A stretch of 64,000 bases of DNA. Origin: Octopus vulgaris. Its lineage: Eukaryota. Location of the stretch: NCBI GenBank assembly GCA_951406725.2, contig OX597834.1:21018001-21082000 (forward strand), given 5' to 3'. Below the pieces are notes generated by a model that saw only the letters and a program-made list of their open reading frames with translations, ran no database searches and was not told the DNA's origin. The first letter of the stretch is position 1. The number at the start of each line of letters is the position of its first letter. Positions 55,428 through 64,000 of this stretch are shown piece by piece. The position numbers and the translations under genes were made by a program.

Positions 55428-56433
55428 TATATACGTATGTATATATATATATATTAATATATGTAATATATATATGTATTTGAATACCTGAGTTTTAGTA
55501 ACATTTGTTAAAAACAAAAACAAGAAAAATAACAATAGAAAATCGGCAAAAATCAAACACCCCCCACACACAGATACACCCACAAACACGCACTTTCCTG
55601 TACCATCCCACCCACCCCCACAAAAACAATACAAGAATAACTAAATAAATTAAAGAAAATGTAAAATCCTCGGGATTGTTACTTCCTTAAGTAGTTATCA
55701 TCTTGTCAGCAGTTTAGTCATAATTCAGAACTTGTGTGTCTTGTGTTAAATGATGTTAAATGGTGAAGTGTTGCAAAAGAGGGAGATGCCATGGGTAAAC
55801 AAATGAACCTGAAAATAGCTAATATTACTTTGTCAAGAGAAAAAAGGTGCAACTGCACTTTTATGCATTTGCTACTCCTTATAGTTATGGTGCATTGTGT
55901 GTATGCATGCATGTGTGTTTATAATAGCTAATCACTAATCGCTTTTTTTGTTTGTTTACTTTTTATATATATATATATATCTATTTATTTTTTTTTTTTT
56001 ACTTCAACCCATATTGAAGCAGGTCTTAATTGGTTTCTTCATAACAAAGAGAAAAATGAAGAAATGAGGTGAGGAATACTAACGAACATTATAAGTGTAA
56101 AACATGAACCCATCCCTATTATGTTGAGAGATTAAATAATAATAACAATAATAATAATAATAATATTGAGAGTAATAATAATAATAATATTGAGAGTAAT
56201 AATAATAATAATATTGAGAGTAATAATAATAATAATAATACTGTTGATGACAATGATGAGAGAGAAAAATATTTAATACTGTATGCATTAAATTTTTCTG
56301 GGATCTTCAAAATGATTATCACAATGATGATGCTAGTAGTAGTAGTGGCAGTGGTGGTGGTTGTGGTGGTGGCGGCAGCAGTGGCAATAACAATAACAGC
56401 AATAATAAAAATAATAATAATAATGATAATAAT

Positions 56434-56871
56434 TGGGTTGAAAGAGTGCTTGAATCAGAGAAAGGCAAGAGTTTATGGGATTTTCCAGTTTAAACAAATA
56501 AGAAGATGAAAAATATTAAAGCAGATATAACAATAATATTGAAGGAAAAGCAAAGTTGCTTTCTAATGGATCCATCCTGTCCATTTGATTCCAGGATTGT
56601 AAAGGAAGAAGAAGCAAAATTAAAATAATACAATCACTTAAAATCTGAAATTGCGAGAATTTGGGATATGAAAATTGTAAACGTTATGGCTGAAATAATT
56701 GGTGCTTTAGGGACTGTGAGAATTGGTGCTTTAAGGACTGTGAGCAATGATACAGACGAACGGTTGATTGGAATGGAATGTCCTGTAGAGTTTCTTACAG
56801 AAAGTTTGCCTCTTATGAACAGGGAGAATTTTGAGCACTTGGAAGATTATCAAAAGTGTGTGAATATCTAA
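56434..56871 (+). mobile_element. R4/Dong-like restriction-like endonuclease relic
   Basis: VERVLESEKGKSLWDFPV*TNKKMKNIKADITII...CFLMDPSCPFDSRI...K*YNHLKSEIARIWDMK...IIGALGTV; in-frame stops; flanked by (AAT)n; 24-bp tandem duplication at 56697-56744. Confidence 0.85.
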
Positions 56872-56934
56872 GGTTACATGTATTAATAATAATAATTTTT
56901 TCAAACATTATGTTTTAAATAGTTATAAAAATAA

Positions 56935-57210
56935 CAACAAGAGCACTCAGAGAGTGCAAACCTCTGTCGAAGCAACACCAATGTCCTCTCAACGATTAGC
57001 TGGAGATGGTTTTTCAAAATGAGAATATCTGAAATAAACTCGACTGCTCTCACAAACAGGACTACTAAAAATGAAACTGACCGCTCTCAAAAATTAAGTA
57101 AAAAAAAGCAGGAAAAATAACCCAGAATCCTTGTCTGGTATTGGATCGATCCCAAAATCTAATCAGTTCATGCCAGTCACGAAACCAAACATCCCTGAAA
57201 GTTTCATCAA
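56935..57210 (+). mobile_element. Non-autonomous DNA/Helitron-like repeat, partial
   Basis: Start aacaagagcactcagagagtgcaaacctc resembles a widespread non-autonomous repeat end; recollection only. Confidence 0.35.
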
Positions 57211-57242
57211 CAACAATAAAAATAATAATAATAATAATAATA

Positions 57243-57453
57243 ATTTCTACTATAGACACAAGGCCAGAAATTCGGGGGCGGGAGATTAGTCGATAACATC
57301 GACCCCAGTGCTCAACTGGTACTTATTTCATCGACCCCAAAAGGATGAAAGGCAAAGTTGACCTCAACAGAATTTGAACTCAGAACATAGCGACGGGTGA
57401 AATATCACTAAGCATTTCATCAAGCATGCTACCAATTTTGCCAACTCACTGCC

Positions 57454-57499
<46 letters not shown>

Positions 57500-57827
57500 T
57501 TTCGAATTTTCGCACAAGGCCAGCAATTTCAGGGGATAAATCAACCCCACAGATCAACCGGAACTTATTTTCTCGACCCCTAAAAGATGAAAGGAAAAGT
57601 CAACCTCAGTAGAATTGATTTCAAATTTTGGCACAAGGCCAGCAATTCAGGAACGGGGTAGTCAATTACATCAACCCAAGTACTCAACTGGTACTTATTT
57701 TATTGACCCCAAAAGGATGAAAGGCCAAGTTCACATCAGTGGAATTTGAACTCAGAAAGTAAAAACAGACGAAATGCTGCTAAGCATCTTGCCCAGCATG
57801 CTAATGATTCTACCAGCTCATCACCAT
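57243..57827 (-). mobile_element. Three SINE family B copies
   Basis: 57243-57453, 57497-57615 and 57617-57827, within (AAT)n. Confidence 0.85.
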
Positions 57828-57856
57828 AATGATGATTATAATAATAATAATAATAA

Positions 57857-58193
57857 GTTGGGAAGCATCATAGCTATGTATTGAGAGGGATTCTTTGCGG
57901 TTTGAATAATTCACCTCTGGAAACATGGGTGTTTCGTTCAATATCCTTAAACAACCCTTATTCAGGGACCTTTTGAGCAGGATGGGTTACTCGACCAGAA
58001 GAAAATTCTAACTGGGCCCCACTTGCAAGGTTATGTGCTGTTTATCTTGATATGAGATCACCATGTCGCGCACATATGGTTGTGATGCATGTGCCTGGTG
58101 TACCCTTATCAGACGGGTAGTCATGATGGGTATACTGGGCTTCGTATATTTTACCCCAGTGTCACTTTGATGGCATGCACTGCTCTCTCACTC
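57857..58193 (+). mobile_element. Family E retrotransposon 3' region in (AAT)n
   Basis: Matches 23350-23687. Confidence 0.75.
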
Positions 58194-58237
<44 letters not shown>

Positions 58238-59637
58238 TGATAGTTAAAGTAATAGGAATCCAGAAAAATCTACTTATGAAATTGTTATTTTGTTGTTTTA
58301 TTTTAATCTATTTTACATTTTACATTTCTGATGGTTAGTTGATCATTTTGACATGTTTTTCTGATAAAACATGAAAAATATCTTACTGATTTCTAAGGAA
58401 ATGTTTCCACATCGCCACCCCGTTCTTACCACACAACCCACCCACCTACGACCACCATCTCTCTCCAGTTTCCATGTCATTGGGAAATATTTTCAATATG
58501 GATATTTCTGTTTATTCGTTTGTCATTTTATTTATTTTATTTATTTTTTTCCTGTTCCAATGGAATGCTTGATACCACAGTGATTTTAATGTAGTCAATA
58601 CTATATACACGGATATCAGATACCAAAACCAAACACACACACACATGCACACACACACGCACACACATACACACACACACACACACGCACACACACACAC
58701 CCACGCACACAAACACACTTATAAAGTACAAAAGAAAATCAAGGAAAGATATGGGAAAATAAAGAGAAAGTGAGAGAGAGTTGAGAAACTTGTCAAAGCC
58801 CAAAGAGATTATAAGGTAGGAAGGAATTCCTAAATTGCCTTTCAAAGAAAATTTTTCAAAGGTTCTCATTAGAGGAGGTTACCCATTCCAGTTTGTCTTT
58901 TTTTATTCTCCACTTATTAAAGACCTTCGCCAGTTCTGAAAAAAAAAATCCATCCTTGCAAAATTTCTAAAAATAAGCTTAAATTCATTATTTTTACTCA
59001 AAAAATAATGTGTGTGTGTGTAGATTAGTTTGCATATGTATGTTTTGATGAGTATATCTATATATATATATTTTGTTGTGTGTGTTTAAAATAATATTTT
59101 TTCAAAATATGAAAAAGCAAAAATAGAAAACACAAAAATAAAAGAAATTAACAAAAGAGTGACAAAAACAAAAATATAATAGTTGGAAAAAAAAAAAACA
59201 ACAGTCAATCTTTCTGAAAAAAAGGATCAACTTAATATAATTAGTTTATGATAGGGAACAATCTGGAAGAAATATTCCTCATTTTTATATTCTTTAGTAT
59301 TTAAGGAACTCTGAATGAGGTTGTAAACATATCTGTGTATGTGTGTGTATATACATGTATGCATGTATGTATTTGTATATGCATATATATATATATCTAT
59401 ATACATATGTATGTTTATGTATGTGTATGTATACATATGTGTGTGTATGTATATCTGTGTTTGTGTCTATATATATACATGAATGTATGTATATATATAT
59501 ATACATGTATATGTATACGTATGTATGAATGTATGTATATATATGTGAGTGTGTGTGAATGTATGCATATATATGTGTGTTTGTACCAGTATGTATATAT
59601 ATATATGTGTGTGTGTATATGTATGTGTGTGTATGAA

Positions 59638-59679
<42 letters not shown>

Positions 59680-60345
59680 TGTATATGTGTGTGTGTATAT
59701 ATATATATATATGTTTGTGTGTATGTATATGTTTGTATATTATATATAATCATTCAAGTAGAAGAAAATAAGATTAAATACAACAGATCCACAAATAAAA
59801 CGTAAAAGAAATGATTCTTCTCTCTTTGATTATTTCCCTAGATAGCACTTAAATTATGCCTTGTTGAATATAGAGACAAAATATAAAGCAGTAACCCTTT
59901 TAAACAGCCCCTGTAATTGTAATTGTGAAAATCAGGTGGAAGATGAAGGCCAGAAGTATGATTCCTCAACAAAATTTATTTTCTAATTGAATAATGAAAA
60001 AGATTTCTCTTTTGATTCCGTTAATATGTTGCTTCTCTTTTGAAATAAAATTAGCATTTTTTAATGCTGTTGTTATTGTTGTTGCTGTTGTTGGGGTTGT
60101 GGGTGTTGTTGTTGTTGTTGTTGTTTAGACTTGAGTCGGTCTTCATCATGGAAACCTATAATCACACTTCAGTCATACTGTGAATATCTTGTCTTTGATA
60201 TTTTCCTTTTTTAATTCAATGGTATCAAGTATTTACATTATCTAACACATCCCTAATTTTTCTTTCTTTGCAAGATATAATTTCAGGGACAGATTATGCT
60301 GCTGTAACTAGCAGATCCTGTCAGATTATCTTATCATCACCATCA

Positions 60346-60478
60346 TCATCGTCATCTTTTCCCTGTAACTTTTGCAGCATCTTCTCCCTATAATTTTTCC
60401 ATCGTCTTCTCCCTGCAACTTTTCTATGGTCTTCTCCTCCTTTATCTTTCCATAGTCATCTCTCTTTCATTTTTTCCA
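60346..60478. repeat. ~27-bp degenerate minisatellite, about 5 units
   Basis: catcgtcttctccctgtaactttt-like unit. Confidence 0.7.
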
Positions 60479-60764
60479 CTTAGTAGAAGCCATCAACCAT
60501 TACATATGCCTTTGCAGATTCTCTCATCTTATATGAATGCAACATACACTTTCTGAAAGGCAAATTTTCACCCAAAGTCGAGTCCCAGCCTTATCTCAAA
60601 TCGACCCGTTGTTGTGAGATTGGGAAATTAGTTTCACAATTCATGTAGCCCTTCCTTAGACCCCATTATGTTACACCAAGGGCCATGACCCCCCAACTGT
60701 AGCCAGTGCTTTATAAATTAAATTTAGCAGATACAAACTGTGTGAAAGCCTTGTACATAAATGT

Positions 60765-60925
60765 AGGCACAGATGTAACTGTATAAGATGCTTGCTTCCC
60801 AACCACGTGGTTTTGGGTTCAGTCCCCTAATGTGGCACCTTGGGCAAGTGCCTTCTACTATGGTCCTGAGCCAACCAAAGCCTTGTGAATGGATTTGGTA
60901 GATGGAAACTGAAAGAAGCTTATCG

Positions 60926-60956
<31 letters not shown>

Positions 60957-61362
60957 TAATCCCTAGCCACTGCTTGGCAACTGGTGTTTATATGTTTATG
61001 TCCCTATAACTTAGTGGTTCAACAAAAAAGGCCAATAGAATAAATACCTATTTCTTTACTGCCCACAAGGGGCTAAACACAGAGAGGACAAACAAGGACA
61101 GACAAACGGATTAAGTCGATTATATTGACGCCAGTGCATAACTGGTACTTAATTTATTGACCCCGAAAGGATGTAAGGCAAAGTTGACCTTGGCGGAATT
61201 TGAACTCAGAACGTAACGGCAGACGAAATACTGCTACGCATTTCGTATTTCATCTGCCGAAATGTGTAGCCGTGGTTGGGGTCACTTCATTTAACTAATA
61301 GAACTTCTTCAAGGCAGTGCAACAGCATGGCCATGTTCTAATGACTGAAACAAGTAAAAGAT
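60765..61362 (+). mobile_element. SINE family A with nested SINE B (61050-61260, -)
   Basis: A body interrupted after gaataaatacc and resuming toward the cagcatggcc...gactgaaacaagtaaaag tail. Confidence 0.85.
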
Positions 61363-62170
61363 ATATGTGGGAGAGTATATTGATCTGCTGTAAAGCGTGG
61401 GTACTCTGCATACTTCAATGAATCCAATTGCTATGAAGTTGTGCTGATTGGTGTGGGATTTTCACGTGCTACATAATTTTCCATGAGAAATTTCATCTTA
61501 GGAGAACACATAGACAATATCTCTGATTTTCTGATGAGGGATATCTCTGGTTGCTTCAATATTTGGAATTTTTCAGATAAGCAATGCCTGCAGCTTCATG
61601 GCCCATTGCAATATGAAATAGTAGCTTTATCAATAATACTTCATGGTATTAGGGCATGACATTCAGATCCTTGTAAGAAGGTTGTCATTAGGAAGGTCGT
61701 CAGACCATGAAAATCACGCTCCAGTAGACACTGGAGATATATGCAAATCTCATCGGTTTGTCAGTGGACTGTCCAAATCATGCCAGCAGGGAAGACAGAC
61801 ATTGAATTTTGATGATGATGACGACGACGATGCTGCTGCTGCTACATGTATATAAATGTGTGTGTGTACTATGTTATGTTTTTGTACGTATACATATGTA
61901 CAGAAATACATGTGTGAGTGTTTATCTCTGTGTATATATATGCATGCATATATATATATAATGTGTACATGCGCATATATATATATATATATAGCTTAGT
62001 TTTTTTTCTTGGGGCTGGCAGAGTTGGAGCAAATATCAGAATTAAACAGCCGAAATTTGCTATGATGATTCGGTGTCTGACTGAAGATTGAAGGCTTCGA
62101 ATGATTTGTCTGTGTTCCGTGTTTGTCCCTTCCTGTATTTCACGTTCTTTATATATAAAACATTTATTCT

Positions 62171-62239
<69 letters not shown>

Positions 62240-62510
62240 ATATATATCATCATCATCATCATCATTTAACGTCCGTTTTACGTGCTAGCATGGGTTATAC
62301 ATTATATATATATATATATATAAATATATATATATAAAACCAACTCTTCTTAATGTAATCCATACCATCTACATGAGAGGTTTCGGTGAATTTCTATCTA
62401 TTTAGAAATAAAAACTAAGACCTCTTCCAAATTAAGAATACTTTATTACATTGCAATCTACCAGGCACACATCTTTCTCTCTCCCCCCTCTCTCTCTCTC
62501 TCTCTGTTTC

Positions 62511-62546
<36 letters not shown>

Positions 62547-63304
62547 TAAACAACTGAATGCAAAACCAACCATGCCATCGATGGAGATGATTATAGCACA
62601 AGATGGAGAAACCTAAAGATTCAGAACTCTCCAACATCACGTTTTCTGACAACCATTAAAACATGATCATGTTTTCTGTTTTTTGTTTGCCTTTTTTTTT
62701 TATCAGAATTTCTATATGAAAAACATATCTTTCATGCTTAATCAGCTCAATTCTCAAATTCCGATACAGACTTGGCGTCCAGCAGCTGCTCTGATCTGTA
62801 AATTAGTCACAGCAATTGATCTATAGACTATAAACGATCAATAGAGGGCAGCAGGGCAGCACGGCTCTTGTGTAGAAACAGAAACTATAAATTCAATAAA
62901 GTTAGATACTAAATAAATTCACAGCAGTACTGTAATTAAATGATGGTGGTGGTGGTGGTGGTGGCTGCTGGTGCTGTTGTTGTTGTTATTGATGATGTTG
63001 ATGATGTTGATGATGATGATGATGATGTTTTTTTTTGTTTTTTTTCTGGTATTGGCAAAATAGGACAGAAACTTTCAGCACAGGAATAGCAATTCAAACT
63101 GAATTCTCAACTTGACTGGTATTTTATGAACTCCTGGATAGAGGAAAATTAAAGCTGACCTCTGGTAGATTTGAACTTTAGAGAATATGAACAGAATTAA
63201 CTCACTAACTTAGGGCATGTTGTATGATGCTCTACCAAAAGCTCTCATCTACTAAACAACAACAACAATAATAATTATTATTATTATAATAATAATGATA
63301 ATAA

Positions 63305-63558
63305 TCCTTTCTACTGGAGGCAAAAGGCCTCAGATTTGTGGGGTGGGGTCTCATCGATTACATTGAGCCCCAGTGTTTCACTGGTACGTATTTTATCAAC
63401 CCCTAAAGGATGAAAGGCAAAGTCAGCCTCGGCGGAATTTGAACTCAGGACATAGTGGCAGGTGAAATACCGCTAACCATTTTGCCTGGCATGCTAACAA
63501 TTCTGCCAGCTCACTGCCTTAATAATAATAATAATACTACTACTACTACTACTACTAC

Positions 63559-63606
<48 letters not shown>

Positions 63607-63840
63607 TGATGATAATAATAATCTTTATTACTATAGGCACAAAGCCTGAAATTTTCTAGGGGAGGGGACTAGTCGATTACATTGACCCCAGTGTTTAACT
63701 GGTACTTAATTTATCGACCCCGAAAGGCTGAAAGGCAAAGTCGACCTCAGCAGGATTTGAACTTGGAACATAAAGACAGAGGAAATGCTGCAAAACATTT
63801 TTGTCCAGTGTGCTAATGTTTCTGCCTGCTCACTACCTTA
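63305..63840 (-). mobile_element. Two SINE family B copies separated by (AAT)n
   Basis: 63305-63520 and 63622-63840; a degenerate copy lies at 63040-63240. Confidence 0.85.
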
Positions 63841-64000
63841 ATAACAACAACAATAATAATAATAATAATAACAACAACAATGACAACAGTGAGTGCAATT
63901 AAAACACGCATAGAAAAGAAAATAACAGTTGCCTTACAGAAAGCAATCAACATTCTTCCATTAAATTGGATTTTATCAAATGCTTAAGTAAATAAAAGTT

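Overview
AT-rich eukaryotic non-coding DNA, probably a large intron or intergenic region. The repeat families resemble those I recall from Octopus (coleoid cephalopod) genomes; this assignment is an inference. No intact protein-coding gene is visible, and almost all listed ORFs are translations of microsatellites or SINEs. The window is a mosaic of very long compound microsatellites, several tRNA-derived SINE families (labelled A-D and H here), TTAA-type and hAT-like MITEs, and decayed 3' fragments of CR1-, L1/Tx1-, R4/Dong- and CRE-like non-LTR retrotransposons. The most notable signal is a set of hammerhead-ribozyme motifs in short, Penelope-like, often fold-back elements embedded in (TA)n tracts. 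One copy at 52468-52542 (-) has a fully canonical core, and one element at ~7075-7560 combines a tRNA-like Pol III head with hammerhead motifs. Other observations are recurrent fold-back hairpins at element ends, SINE/LINE tail sharing, and (AAT)n-associated retrotransposon insertions. Coordinates were read by eye and element boundaries are approximate.
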